Shown in pieces: positions 1 through 10,251 of a stretch of 64,000 bases of DNA. Under the pieces are notes generated by a model. The model was given only the letters and a program-made list of their open reading frames with translations. It searched no databases and was not told where the DNA came from. Within the stretch, counting starts at the first letter, position 1. The number at the start of each line of letters is the position of its first letter. The DNA comes from a virus (Duplodnaviria; Heunggongvirae; Uroviricota; Caudoviricetes), in the IMG/VR virus record IMGVR_UViG_3300009709_000001, positions 1 to 64,000 of that record. The stretch is one strand, 5' to 3'. The position numbers and the translations under genes were made by a program.

Positions 1-834
1 ATTAGCGACAGCCAATGTACCGGCTAATGTAATAGTCCCAGTTGTTGTAATTGGACTTCCCGAAACAGTTAATCCTGTTGTTCCACCTGATAACGCAACT
101 GAGGTAACAGTGCCTGAACCGCCTGTCGAAATTGCAACGTTGGTTACATTCGAAATTCGCCCTTTAGAATCAACAGTAAATACCGGAACTTGAGTTGAGC
201 TACCATAGGTATTAGCCGAAACACCTGTCGTTGATAATGCAGTCGCAAATGAGCCTGTTCCTGATCCAGTGACATCTCCGGTTAATGTAATTGTTTGATC
301 GCCGGTGTTAGTTCCAGAAAGATTAGAACCTGTGATAGTTCCCGATGCTTGAACACTCGATGGCACAATGGCACCTAAAGATAGTGTAATAGCAGGCGTG
401 GTTGTAGCATTGGCAACAGACCCACTAATTCCATTTGCCGTAACTACAGAGACTGTACTTACAGATCCGCCGCCTGAGGCACCATTGGAAACAGAGGTAA
501 TTTGCCCCTTAGCATTTACGGTTAAATTTGCATTTGTATATGAACCAGGTGCCACAGCAGTATCAGATAATCCGACAGTAATGGTTCCTGAACTTGTAAT
601 TGGCGAACCACTAACAGTAATACCGTTTGTTCCTGTTACTGCTACCGAAGTTACAGTTCCCGAACCACCGCTTCCTCCGGCAGCGTAAGGTAAAGAATTC
701 CAAGACGTAGTACCATTTCCGTATTTAATCTTAAATGTGTCAATTTCGACACCGGCCTCACCTGCTGCCAAAATCGGATCGGCGATTGCCCATTCAGCAG
801 CAGTTCCTCTTCTTAATTGTATTTGTTGAGCCAT
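1..834 (-). CDS. Tail fibre-like protein, partial (runs off the left window end); Mtd_N/hyaluronidase-type N-terminus
   Basis: Manual translation from ATG at 834 (GGAGA upstream): MAQQIQLRRGTAAEWAIADPILAAGEAGVEIDTFKIKYGNGTTSWNSLPY, then G/S/T-rich GSGTVTSVA and VDSKGRI repeats typical of phage fibres. Absent from the ORF track because it has no stop inside the window. Confidence 0.8.
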   Translation of the reverse strand, partial: MAQQIQLRRGTAAEWAIADPILAAGEAGVEIDTFKIKYGNGTTSWNSLPYAAGGSGGSGTVTSVAVTGTNGITVSGSPITSSGTITVGLSDTAVAPGSYTNANLTVNAKGQITSVSNGASGGGSVSTVSVVTANGISGSVANATTTPAITLSLGAIVPSSVQASGTITGSNLSGTNTGDQTITLTGDVTGSGTGSFATALSTTGVSANTYGSSTQVPVFTVDSKGRISNVTNVAISTGGSGTVTSVALSGGTTGLTVSGSPITTTGTITLAGTLAVAN

Positions 835-890
835 TCACATCTCTCCATATTATATCTATTATTTATTAAAATAAGGCCATTTCAGATATC

Positions 891-3800
891 TTAACCAGTC
901 TTAATGAAATATAAATTCGAATTTGCATCAGGCAGGCAAACAAAACCACGTAATAACGGAACATATTTGAGTTTATTAACAATCGGTGCTCCATTAGTCG
1001 GAAATGCTGTACCTGGTGCATTTAAAAAATCAATATCCCAAGTTGTTGTTGAATTAGGTGTAATTACATAAACCGGTCCATTATTTCTCGATGAATAAAA
1101 AAGAAAGTTATTATTTACTGGATCATAATCCATCCCTGCATAAGATGGTTGATCTATTAAAATTTGATTATATGCACTACTTGGATTAAACACAATCTGA
1201 TATTCGGTTGTTCCTTGAACTAACACTGATCTTAACCCAGTACCTGATTCTTCACCGTCACCAAAAGAAAGTCCAAAAAGACTTCCATCTCTGGTATTAC
1301 ATGCCCAAGGATATCTTACATTCGGTGAAACTTTTGTTGTCATATTCTGGCTACTCCAGGAATTTGTCTTTACCGTATATTTAACTGCTGATCCATCGCC
1401 ATGGCTGAACCACCACATATTTCCATCCATGTCCCTAACACTCGGAAAAGTTCCTGATGGATCAGCATATCCACTACCTGCTGCCCCGGGATTTCCTGGA
1501 ACAATTCCATCCCATTGCCATATAGAAGGATCGATACCATCGACCTTATTGAATTGATTTTGATCAATATCGTATCTATAACCTAAGAGCATCATACGAG
1601 AAATGTAAGGTGCATAAATTGTCGATGAATAAGTATGCCTTCCCTTTGGTAACCCATCATTATTATATGCCGACACACCAAAATTTATATTTGTAGAAGG
1701 TGGGATTCTTACTGTCCATGCTGGCACATTATCCAGAACATTAATACTTACAACTCTATTATCAAAACTTCCAGTGCCGTGGCCGCCAGCAGCCCCGGCA
1801 ATTAATTCACCGTTAGGTGTCAACCCAAAACCACTGTATGCATTAAGAAGTGATCCACCTGCACCCGATGTATTTGGAATAGTAAACCATGTTCTCGAAG
1901 TTTTATTTATTAACCATTGTGGATCAGTTCCACTGGCCGGTCGTTGAAACCATAACGGATAATCCTGAAATCCAGGTCGATAATAATCGAAATTTAATGC
2001 TGTAATTAGTCTATTGTAGGCATCGAGCGCACCGGCTATACCATGTCTCACAGCATAACTAATAGCCGGTAATCCGTTGGCCAAAAATCCTCTTGCTCCA
2101 TCGCCTGGACTTGGAAATTCTAGTGCAATTGTTCCTTCAGATGACCCCAACCAAGATGGAGGTGTGCTGAATGTTACATTGTAGGCTTCTTTAAAATTAG
2201 AAAACCATGGCCCTGTTCCATTTTTCCAATCTGGAACATAAACTGGACAGATGGACATCTGATAAATGAAGGCATTAATCCACCACCAGCCTTCATTATT
2301 ATTAATACCCAACCTTCCTATAATATTTCTTGCTGAATAATCTAACACTCCGTGTAATTTATTCGTATATGCTGTAGAGAGAGGTAATCCCAATGACAAC
2401 ATCATGCCGAACACTGAGCACATAAAATCAATTTGCCAAGGTGCAACTTCTCCCGATCCCTGTGGACCTGGATCCCAATCAATAAACCCTCCCAATGGAT
2501 TATTTGGTTGTGCAACATATTGGTTATGGTAATGGTCAATATTAGATTGAATACAATTTATAAAATTAGTTCTTAATCCAGTGACATCGTCGTCGGGTAT
2601 AATTGCCAATGTATGAGCGAGAGTCCTTAGCGCCCATGCACAAGAACGGACCTGCCAGGCACCATAATCTGGTTGTTGCAACCCCAATATTCCTGTTCTT
2701 TGCGTTGGACCAGCATCTGATCCAAGAAAGTTTATGGTACCTGCAAAGAGACATTCATCAATGAAATAAGGACGACCAGTTAGTATGTATGGTAAGAATC
2801 CAGCTGCTGGACTATGTGCGGTATCCCAAAGATTGGTTCCGGAAGCATCAAGAATAGCTGGTGTATATGAACTTCCGGAACCCTGGGATGCAAATCCACT
2901 ACCATTATTTCTCGGATCATATAATGCCATGGTTGGATATTGTGAAAATAATATCGGCACATTTGTAGTTTCGTCTCTATAATGAATCGGATATCTTCCA
3001 AGACTAAACCCATTTCTAAGCACCGCACTATATGCCGGTTCATTTAAATTGCTGGTGCAATTTAAATATTTTGCTTCCCATCCAGGTAAAAGTCCAATGG
3101 GTTCACCATATCCGGAATTAGCCATATTATCAGTTTGATCTGGCCCGAATTTATAATCACCTTGCTGTAATGGTTGATAAGAAGTGGCAGCCTTTACAGA
3201 ATATCCAGAAGTCAAACTTGTAACTTTTATGTCATATGTCGGCACCAATTCAGTAGATTGAATATATGTTTTATCATGTAATGGAATAGTCGAAGAATCA
3301 GTTGTCATCCAATATGATAATTGTGCGCCATTAATTAATGGAGTTCTAGTGTGATGTGGTAAAGATACGGAAGCGTTAAATCTAGTTGTATTTCCAAAAT
3401 TAAAGGTAAATGTACCAGTCTTTAATGTCGGTCCAACCACATTTAGATATCCATTTTCTATCCATGGAAATATCTCAACATTTCCATTAGAATAAAGACG
3501 AACATCAATCCATGCTACCAAATGCGGATCCGATCCTATAGGCTTCCTGAATATCCAATTAGACATATATGGCCCACTAATCCATGTCTGAAATGGAGTT
3601 AACCAATCAGTGCTAGACCAAGATGCATTTCCGAATTCTACGGAGGTTACAGATACCGGAGCTGTAACAGAATTCTGTAAATCAATAGTTGTTAGAGATG
3701 GAGTTTGTGGTGGTGTTCCTGGAACTATAGTAACAAAACCAGTAGTATTGGCAGTAAGATTTGTAATTCCGGAGACAATGGCAAACTTTAATGATCCATC

Positions 3801-4334
3801 AGGCCAATAATTTTTTGGAATAATTTGCCCACTTGCCGGGGACTGTAACACCAAACTTTGTCCAGCAGGCACATTGCCTTGCCTAAATGGTTGTCCAACG
3901 GTAAAGGGAGTATTATTCGTAGTGCTAGATGTCAGCCCTATGCTAATGCTAATACTTTGTGTGTCATTAATAACCACCTGATTACTTGTGGAAATAGCAG
4001 GAGAACCTATTCCGTTGTCCGCAGTTTGTCTGACAGATAGTAATTTACCCAAATCACCCGACACTGGCGTATATGTAATACCAGTTGCTCCGCTAATTAT
4101 TACATTATTCAATAACCATTGTACTGAAACAGTCGGTGTCGGATTTCCAATAACTGTTCCTGAAATAAAGGATATAGGAATTCCTACAGTAGGAGAACCA
4201 TTAATTACAGGTGCTGATGTAAACTGTGGCGGAGTTGTTACAGGACCTGATGATCCGGAACCAGCTACGCCCTTTTTAGATAGAACAACCGAAGATATTA
4301 AATTCTGTAAATTCATATTACGGAGTTCCACCAT
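891..4334 (-). CDS. Large virion-associated protein: Ig-like N-domain, PcRGLX/YetA-like (PL26-type) region and C-terminal beta-propeller; putative depolymerase or receptor-binding protein
   Basis: 1147 aa. Ig-like PTPTVSVQW...GATGITYT...DLGKLLSV; FTVGQPF..G..P and WPDGSLKFA motif of the YetA/PcRGLX N-terminal barrel; Trp/Gly-rich propeller-like C-terminus; lies next to the fibre gene. Confidence 0.55.
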   Translation of the reverse strand: MVELRNMNLQNLISSVVLSKKGVAGSGSSGPVTTPPQFTSAPVINGSPTVGIPISFISGTVIGNPTPTVSVQWLLNNVIISGATGITYTPVSGDLGKLLSVRQTADNGIGSPAISTSNQVVINDTQSISISIGLTSSTTNNTPFTVGQPFRQGNVPAGQSLVLQSPASGQIIPKNYWPDGSLKFAIVSGITNLTANTTGFVTIVPGTPPQTPSLTTIDLQNSVTAPVSVTSVEFGNASWSSTDWLTPFQTWISGPYMSNWIFRKPIGSDPHLVAWIDVRLYSNGNVEIFPWIENGYLNVVGPTLKTGTFTFNFGNTTRFNASVSLPHHTRTPLINGAQLSYWMTTDSSTIPLHDKTYIQSTELVPTYDIKVTSLTSGYSVKAATSYQPLQQGDYKFGPDQTDNMANSGYGEPIGLLPGWEAKYLNCTSNLNEPAYSAVLRNGFSLGRYPIHYRDETTNVPILFSQYPTMALYDPRNNGSGFASQGSGSSYTPAILDASGTNLWDTAHSPAAGFLPYILTGRPYFIDECLFAGTINFLGSDAGPTQRTGILGLQQPDYGAWQVRSCAWALRTLAHTLAIIPDDDVTGLRTNFINCIQSNIDHYHNQYVAQPNNPLGGFIDWDPGPQGSGEVAPWQIDFMCSVFGMMLSLGLPLSTAYTNKLHGVLDYSARNIIGRLGINNNEGWWWINAFIYQMSICPVYVPDWKNGTGPWFSNFKEAYNVTFSTPPSWLGSSEGTIALEFPSPGDGARGFLANGLPAISYAVRHGIAGALDAYNRLITALNFDYYRPGFQDYPLWFQRPASGTDPQWLINKTSRTWFTIPNTSGAGGSLLNAYSGFGLTPNGELIAGAAGGHGTGSFDNRVVSINVLDNVPAWTVRIPPSTNINFGVSAYNNDGLPKGRHTYSSTIYAPYISRMMLLGYRYDIDQNQFNKVDGIDPSIWQWDGIVPGNPGAAGSGYADPSGTFPSVRDMDGNMWWFSHGDGSAVKYTVKTNSWSSQNMTTKVSPNVRYPWACNTRDGSLFGLSFGDGEESGTGLRSVLVQGTTEYQIVFNPSSAYNQILIDQPSYAGMDYDPVNNNFLFYSSRNNGPVYVITPNSTTTWDIDFLNAPGTAFPTNGAPIVNKLKYVPLLRGFVCLPDANSNLYFIKTG

Positions 4335-4548
4335 TAATTGGTTCTATTCCACCATAATTGGAATCTGGAGTACCACCATCGATAGCTGTATCAGTGCCAG
4401 CGCCACCGGCCAATGGCTTTTCAATACCCGATGAATCCATTTGATAAAAAATATTATCATTCTTAGCATATAACAAGATTTTTCCTACCGTAGGTGGCTG
4501 CGGACTTGTGTTTCCGGTTTGAAATAAAATATCAGCTGGATTACTCAT
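4318..4548 (-). CDS. Small virion/tail-associated hypothetical protein
   Basis: 76-aa ORF overlapping both neighbours; P.P..GK..LYAK.D...Y..DS.G.E and IDGG motifs are common in phage tail proteins. Confidence 0.6.
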   Translation of the reverse strand: MSNPADILFQTGNTSPQPPTVGKILLYAKNDNIFYQMDSSGIEKPLAGGAGTDTAIDGGTPDSNYGGIEPINGGTP

Positions 4549-4814
4549 AATATTGCAATTCTCCCTTCATTATTTACATGGCCAATAATCTCTAGACGAC
4601 TTGTAACTAGGTATTGGTTTCTAGGCTTAACGTATAATTCATATTCAATAAAATCAGTAACTGTACCGACAGTAGTGGATATTAAATTCGATATATCCAC
4701 ATTAATAAATGCTTTTCTTGTAGAGTCGTAGATCAATGCATTTCCATTTCTTATGTCTTTTATAAAAAATGCCGGAACATATTGATTTAAAATACTATTT
4801 TGGCCAACTATCAT
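4545..4814 (-). CDS. Hypothetical protein (likely structural)
   Basis: 89-aa ORF; ATGA overlap with the next gene. Confidence 0.6.
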   Translation of the reverse strand: MIVGQNSILNQYVPAFFIKDIRNGNALIYDSTRKAFINVDISNLISTTVGTVTDFIEYELYVKPRNQYLVTSRLEIIGHVNNEGRIAIL

Positions 4815-4843
4815 TTTTCAGTTATCCTATTCTTATGTTTAAT

Positions 4844-5284
4844 TTATAGAGAAAGTAAAACCTTATCAATCTGCCCCCATTGCCATGTTTGCCATGCAAG
4901 ATCTGGTGCAGGTGTGGGTTGAATATATTCTCTTGTAACGACTGCTCGTAGAAATACGAAATTCCCAACAAATGTGGTTGCCATTGATCCGGTATCACCA
5001 CCATTAGCACCTGTCGGTGCGTATGGATCAATCGGGAATGGAATAAATGGTGTGTTGACATCACCGTTTGGATTAAGTTTAATCCAAAACCAATCTTCTG
5101 GTTTAGGATGAAGTGCTAACGTGCCTTGCAGGCCAAAGCCACCTACAAAGTTCTGATAGATAACTTGAACGGTATGAATACCATCCGTATAGCCATAATA
5201 AGCATCAGCCCTGACTGGCTCGCCAATAACATTCCACTGTGTTCCGGTGTTTGTCATCATTAGAACGCTTTTTCTGATTGCCAT
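4844..5284 (-). CDS. Hypothetical virion protein
   Basis: Start moved to MAIRKS (AAGGA SD, TAAATA promoter at 5307-5312); YYGYTDGIHTV...F.G...LQGTLA..P...DWF pattern. Confidence 0.7.
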   Translation of the reverse strand: MAIRKSVLMMTNTGTQWNVIGEPVRADAYYGYTDGIHTVQVIYQNFVGGFGLQGTLALHPKPEDWFWIKLNPNGDVNTPFIPFPIDPYAPTGANGGDTGSMATTFVGNFVFLRAVVTREYIQPTPAPDLAWQTWQWGQIDKVLLSL

Positions 5285-5341
5285 AGTATTCCTTTTTCTA
5301 CTCGTGTATTTATCATAAACCGAGGCGGAATATATGGCCAT

Positions 5342-5371
5342 AAAAAAAGCACCGATAAACGGTGCTTTTTT
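5342..5371. terminator. Rho-independent terminator, bidirectional form
   Basis: A7-GCACCG-ATAAA-CGGTGC-T6. Confidence 0.85.
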
Positions 5372-5388
5372 GTTAGTCGAGTTAAAAC

Positions 5389-5709
5389 TTATGCTTCGGC
5401 AAAGACAGTAATTTCCTTGTCGTCGAACCGAATACCAATGCCTTCTGCTACATGGATTTCAAATCCCTTGTATTTCACAGAAAATGCAGGTTTTGGAATC
5501 TTGACAGTGGTTGCTTTAGGCCTAGCTTTCGCATCAGACTCCTTGGCTACTTTTTTCAGGTATGGCTTGTAGAGCTGAACGTAATATCGAGCATCAGCAA
5601 GGTTAAATTTATTCATCAATCCATAAGACTTATGGTTGAGAACATAATATCCCTTATCTTTCTTAGTGATGTATTCATCACTAGGATGATTTCCGAATGC
5701 TTGTGTCAT
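5389..5709 (-). CDS. Hypothetical protein
   Basis: 106-aa ORF in the clpA operon. Confidence 0.65.
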   Translation of the reverse strand: MTQAFGNHPSDEYITKKDKGYYVLNHKSYGLMNKFNLADARYYVQLYKPYLKKVAKESDAKARPKATTVKIPKPAFSVKYKGFEIHVAEGIGIRFDDKEITVFAEA

Positions 5710-5712
5710 GTA

Positions 5713-6186
5713 TTAACCTTTTTTGATTTTGATGTGCAATGGACCAACATACTCGATTTTGAGTCCAGGTTCCAACTCGATTCGTACGCCATTAACCATT
5801 GCCTGTTCGTATGCAGGTTTTACTGCGACAGGAAAGGGCCAAGTGCCGGCCGGCAGGGGACTACGTGGCCAAGGTTGAGCTACCGGAGTCGGTTTAGCTG
5901 CAACAGGTTTTGGCTTAGCCACACCCTTCTTCGGAACGTATTCCTTTGCAGCAGCCTTTGCAGGCGGACGTGGTTGATTCGGGTGAACCTTCTCGGTACG
6001 TCCGATATCAGCAGCTAGGCGCCAATTGCTGGGTTCGTAGCTAACCAGTTCACGAGCTTCCTTGATGGTTGCTACTTCGTAACGCGAACCCAACGAACCC
6101 TTGCGCTGCGCTTCGTATTTCTTGCCGACAGTACCAGTAGTACCGATAAACCTGTCAAGGGAATGTTCCCCAAATTTCTTAGTCAT
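5713..6186 (-). CDS. Hypothetical basic protein with K/P/A-rich linker
   Basis: 157-aa ORF; AGGAGA SD directly after the clpA stop. Confidence 0.7.
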   Translation of the reverse strand: MTKKFGEHSLDRFIGTTGTVGKKYEAQRKGSLGSRYEVATIKEARELVSYEPSNWRLAADIGRTEKVHPNQPRPPAKAAAKEYVPKKGVAKPKPVAAKPTPVAQPWPRSPLPAGTWPFPVAVKPAYEQAMVNGVRIELEPGLKIEYVGPLHIKIKKG

Positions 6187-6195
6187 GATGTCTCC

Positions 6196-8427
6196 TTATT
6201 GCAGAATGATCGGTGCTTCGAGCGGAATAACCGACGGTTCGAAGGACAGCACCTGCAGTTCATCGTTGACAAAGTCAACATTGACACGGCCGCCATTCAC
6301 AAGCTTACCGAACAGCAGTTCCACAGACAACGGTTTCTTAACCAATTCCTGGAACAAGCGCTTGAACGGACGAGCACCCATCTTCGGATCGTAACCCTTC
6401 ACTGCAAGATGGTCACGAGCTTGTTGTGTCACATTCAAAGTAACATTCTTGCCGTTCAACACAGATTCCAAGATCTCGACTTCAGCGTTGACAATCAGAT
6501 TCATCTCGGCAGAAGTGAGCTTGTTGTACTTCACGGTTGCATCCAAACGGTTGCGGAATTCAGGGCTGAAGAACTTCTTCACTGCCTCTTCCACAGCATG
6601 GCTGTTATCCTGATCACCGAAACCAATGCGTGCCTTTTCAGCATCGGCAGCACCCAAGTTTGCAGACATGATCATGATCACGTTGTTGAAATGTACGGTC
6701 TTGCCCTTGCTCGATGTCAGACGTGCGTCGTCCATCACCTGGAGCAGAACTTGCATCACACGCGGGTGGGCCTTTTCCACTTCGTCGAGCAGCAACACGC
6801 AATTCGGATTGCTTTCGATTTCTTGGATCAGCTGACCTTCGCCCATCTTGCCTTCGCCGTGGCCAACATAGCCCGGAGGAGCACCAATGAGCTTGGAAAC
6901 AGTGTGTTCTTCCATGTACTCCGACATATCGAAACGCACCAGCTTAATGCCCAAGGCGGTGGCCAGCTTCTTCGCAGTGAAGGTCTTACCCGTACCAGTC
7001 GGTCCGGTGAACAGGAACACACCCATCGGCTTGTCAGCTTCGCGCAGACCCGACTTGGACATATAGATTGCCGAAGTCAATTGATCGATGGCACCATCTT
7101 GACCAAACACCTCATTCTTAAGGCGGGGACCCAGATTGGACAGAGTGTCAGTTTCCTTGACGTCGATCATGTCCAGCGAAATCTTCGCCAGCTTGGCAGC
7201 CTGTTGCATGACAATGTCGACAGTGACTGCGGGAGCTTCAGTGAGCTTCGCATAGGCACCAGCAGCGTCCATGATGTCCAGAGCCTTGTCCGGGAAGAAC
7301 TTCTGCTTCATGTAGCGATCGGCCATTTCCACGCACAAGTCAGTAACCTCGGTGGTATACGTGACCTTGTGGAAGTCCTGGTAGTGTTTGATCACACCAG
7401 CCAGAATCTGCTTGGTTTGTTCAGCAGTAGGTTGGTTGATGTCGTACTTCTGGAAGCGACGCACCAGCGCCTTGTCCTTCTCAAAGTGTTCGTGATACTC
7501 GTCGTAGGTCGTAGCACCAACGCACATGAGTTGACCCTTGGCCAGCATCGGCTTGAGCAAGTTGCCCGCATCCATCTGGGAACCAGTAGTGGAACCTGCG
7601 CCCAACACCATGTGAATCTCGTCGATAAACATGATCACGTTGCCCAGCTTCTTGACTTGGTCGAGCACGCCCTTCAGGCGCTCCTCGAAATCGCCGCGGA
7701 ACTTGGTACCTGCCAACAGTGCGCCAAGATCGAGGCTGTAAACAACCTTTTCTTGCAACGCCTTCGGCACTTCCTTGTTGTGAATCTTCAGTGCCAGGCC
7801 TTCTGCCAACGCAGTCTTACCCACACCAGGTTCACCAACGTAGATAACGTTGTTCTTCTTGCGACGTGCAAGAATCTCGATCGTGTCCGCCACTTCCTTC
7901 TCACGGCCGATCACAGGATCGATAGTGCCGTCAGCAGCTTCCTTGTTCAGGTTGCGTGCATAAAGGTCGAGCGGAGTTTCTTGTGCATCGCTTGCCTTTT
8001 CCTCTGCCTTGCGCAGTTCAGCGATGATCTTTTCACGGGTGACACCGTGCTTGCCGAGGAAGTAGTAAGCGTGGCTGGTATCTTCGCTCAGGATGCTGAG
8101 CAGAACAGCCTCGTTACTGAGTTGATCACGACCACTGAAGATGATCTGTGTCAATGCACGTTGGAACGTGCGGTTGAGAACTGCGGTGCGCTTTGCAGGC
8201 ACGTCCTTCAGTGTCTCGGGCTTCTTCAGATCCGGGCTGGAAAGCCACTGGATTGTGTCGGCCTTAATTTTGGACGGCGTTACGCCGATAGCGAGCAGTA
8301 GTTCGTTGATTTCCTTCTCGTGCAACAGTGACAACAGGATGTGTTCCAAAGTGATGTACTCATGGTTGTTGTCGTTGGCTGATTGCACAGCGCGCTCAAT
8401 CATCTTTTCAACTTTCTTAGTGCTCAT
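6196..8427 (-). CDS. clpA: ATP-dependent Clp protease ATP-binding subunit ClpA
   Basis: Clp N-domain (HEYITLEHILL); two AAA+ modules (GEPGVGKT, FIDEIH; GPTGTGKT, LLDEVEKAH); KFRGDFEER, RFDMSEY, GAPPGYVG; ClpP-docking IGF loop; no ClpB M-domain. Confidence 0.93.
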   Translation of the reverse strand: MSTKKVEKMIERAVQSANDNNHEYITLEHILLSLLHEKEINELLLAIGVTPSKIKADTIQWLSSPDLKKPETLKDVPAKRTAVLNRTFQRALTQIIFSGRDQLSNEAVLLSILSEDTSHAYYFLGKHGVTREKIIAELRKAEEKASDAQETPLDLYARNLNKEAADGTIDPVIGREKEVADTIEILARRKKNNVIYVGEPGVGKTALAEGLALKIHNKEVPKALQEKVVYSLDLGALLAGTKFRGDFEERLKGVLDQVKKLGNVIMFIDEIHMVLGAGSTTGSQMDAGNLLKPMLAKGQLMCVGATTYDEYHEHFEKDKALVRRFQKYDINQPTAEQTKQILAGVIKHYQDFHKVTYTTEVTDLCVEMADRYMKQKFFPDKALDIMDAAGAYAKLTEAPAVTVDIVMQQAAKLAKISLDMIDVKETDTLSNLGPRLKNEVFGQDGAIDQLTSAIYMSKSGLREADKPMGVFLFTGPTGTGKTFTAKKLATALGIKLVRFDMSEYMEEHTVSKLIGAPPGYVGHGEGKMGEGQLIQEIESNPNCVLLLDEVEKAHPRVMQVLLQVMDDARLTSSKGKTVHFNNVIMIMSANLGAADAEKARIGFGDQDNSHAVEEAVKKFFSPEFRNRLDATVKYNKLTSAEMNLIVNAEVEILESVLNGKNVTLNVTQQARDHLAVKGYDPKMGARPFKRLFQELVKKPLSVELLFGKLVNGGRVNVDFVNDELQVLSFEPSVIPLEAPIILQ

Positions 8428-8435
8428 CGTTTTCC

Positions 8436-9257
8436 TTAAATGTTGATGGAGTCTCGGTGATTAACCGTCTTTAGTGCAAGTCTTTCTGCCTCAGTAAGTA
8501 CCCTAGGTACCGTCATACTAACACGTATAAGCAAGTCACCTGTTTTATCAGTTTCGGGATTTTGCATACCCTTGCCTGCTAACTTGATAACCTGCCCGGG
8601 CTGTATTCCAGCTGGGACACTAAATTGTAGTTTAGCATCATCTAAGTGCGTTAGTACAGCATCCAAGCCCAGGGCTGCTTCAATAACACTGATTTCAATT
8701 TCAATCAGTAGGTCATCATTCGAGCGCTTGAACTTTGGATGTTGGGAGACGTCGACCCTGAAGATGCGACTTCCGCTGTAAAATTTGGATCCAGACCTTG
8801 CACCCTTGGGAATCTGGATTGTTGTGGTTGCATCAATCTTCACTGCCCTGCCGGTATAGGCATCTTTCAGCGAAATATTGATAATGTGTGTTGTGGGTTG
8901 ATTTGTGTTCGTTTGTGTACGTGCGAACCCGCCGTCGGCGAAATTCTTGAATGATTGTTCTCTGAACAAGTCTTTGAACATCTGTTCAAATTCTTGTGCA
9001 TCAAAATCATTTCTATATGTTTGTGACGTTGTGCCGGAATGACCGTAATTGTCATAATTGGCACGCTTCTGACCGTCGGTGAGAAACTCGTAGGCTTCTT
9101 TAGCTTCTTTGAATTTTTCTTCAGTTTCCTTAGCACCGTCCCCCGGATTGCGGTCGGGGTGATATTTCATTGCTAGTTTTCGGTAAGCTTTTTTGATATC
9201 GTCTTCCGACGCATCTTTTGCAACACCAAGGATTTCGTAGTAATCCCGTTTGCTCAT
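8436..9257 (-). CDS. dnaJ: DnaJ-class co-chaperone (class II/CbpA-like, no Zn finger)
   Basis: DYYEILGV...[18 protein letters not shown]-domain plus DnaJ_C (LAGKGM, GDLL). Confidence 0.9.
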   Translation of the reverse strand: MSKRDYYEILGVAKDASEDDIKKAYRKLAMKYHPDRNPGDGAKETEEKFKEAKEAYEFLTDGQKRANYDNYGHSGTTSQTYRNDFDAQEFEQMFKDLFREQSFKNFADGGFARTQTNTNQPTTHIINISLKDAYTGRAVKIDATTTIQIPKGARSGSKFYSGSRIFRVDVSQHPKFKRSNDDLLIEIEISVIEAALGLDAVLTHLDDAKLQFSVPAGIQPGQVIKLAGKGMQNPETDKTGDLLIRVSMTVPRVLTEAERLALKTVNHRDSINI

Positions 9258-9272
9258 GATTTAACTTTCTGC

Positions 9273-9494
9273 TTAAAAGCGATAGGTAATACGTCCAAGA
9301 GTTAAATCATATGGACTCATTTCAACCTGAACAACATCATCAAGAAGAATCTGGATGTTGTTCTTTCGAATTCTACCACTGATAACGGCGTTCAGGACAT
9401 GCCCATTTTCTAGTTGTACTTTAAATCGGGCACCAGGGGATGCATCAATTACCTTCCCCTTTGTTTCAATCATATCACCTTTGTCTTTAGCCAA
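9273..9494 (-). CDS. infA: Translation initiation factor IF-1
   Basis: FKVQLENGH...[31 protein letters not shown]. Confidence 0.95.
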   Translation of the reverse strand: MAKDKGDMIETKGKVIDASPGARFKVQLENGHVLNAVISGRIRKNNIQILLDDVVQVEMSPYDLTLGRITYRF

Positions 9495-9498
9495 GTTA

Positions 9499-10251
9499 TC
9501 AGTTCCTGTAATCTAGTTCTGCGTTCTTCAATAACATTACCTGGTCTTCCATACTGACACACAGGTATTTTCCGAGTGGCAAAATCTGGCAATTTCCCAA
9601 AATGCTCTCTAATATAGTAGCTTCAATGGGTTTGTTGCTTACGCCGAATGCGGATTCTGCCAAAAAGTTACGGCCGATTACTGTGTCGTAGTTACCCACA
9701 TCCACAACTTCAGCTACAACTTTCCTTCTATTGCCACTTAGTATAACAACATTGCCCTGGATTGTCAAGCCCGTAACATAGGTAGATTGAAGAAATTTCT
9801 CAATATTTTCGCTAATTTCTTTCATCTTGAATTCATCCTTTGGTACGTATGATTCCGGGTCAGTAATCACATAGTTGTATAGTTCGGGGTCATTAAATTC
9901 AAATTCCCTATCATCTGTTAGATAGGTTTTGATTTTCCAGTCCATGTCGCCAGTGACATTTTCAATGTCTTGGAGCAAAGCCTGAAATTTATTCGGGAAT
10001 GTATCATTACGTTCCATTTCAACAAAGACAAGATAGTTTCCATCTTCGTCTGTGCTTGGACTAACATCCACATCAAGTGTATCGATAAATCCACGCTGAA
10101 TAAATGTATTCAAGTCTTGTGCAGGATCTTCATCGGTCAAATAAAAGGCGACAACAATAACATCTTTTGTTTCGCCAGCCTTTGGCTCGAATTCATCGAT
10201 AGAAACGGAATTTTGAATAGTACCCTTGAGATCACCATTCTTTAAGCTCAT
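9499..10251 (-). CDS. Hypothetical protein
   Basis: 250-aa acidic ORF; ATGA overlap with the upstream gene. Confidence 0.7.
   Translation of the reverse strand: MSLKNGDLKGTIQNSVSIDEFEPKAGETKDVIVVAFYLTDEDPAQDLNTFIQRGFIDTLDVDVSPSTDEDGNYLVFVEMERNDTFPNKFQALLQDIENVTGDMDWKIKTYLTDDREFEFNDPELYNYVITDPESYVPKDEFKMKEISENIEKFLQSTYVTGLTIQGNVVILSGNRRKVVAEVVDVGNYDTVIGRNFLAESAFGVSNKPIEATILESILGNCQILPLGKYLCVSMEDQVMLLKNAELDYRN

Noticed and set aside
368-688. 106-aa plus-strand ORF
   Set aside because: Antisense to the G/T/S-rich tail fibre gene.
1-834. Diversity-generating retroelement suggested by the Mtd_N-like domain
   Set aside because: No reverse transcriptase or template/variable repeat pair in the window; this N-terminal domain is common in ordinary fibres.
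6163-8301. 712-aa plus-strand ORF
   Set aside because: Antisense shadow of clpA caused by codon bias; no motifs, SD or promoter. The same applies to 32767-33999, 50327-51460 and 52118-53200.
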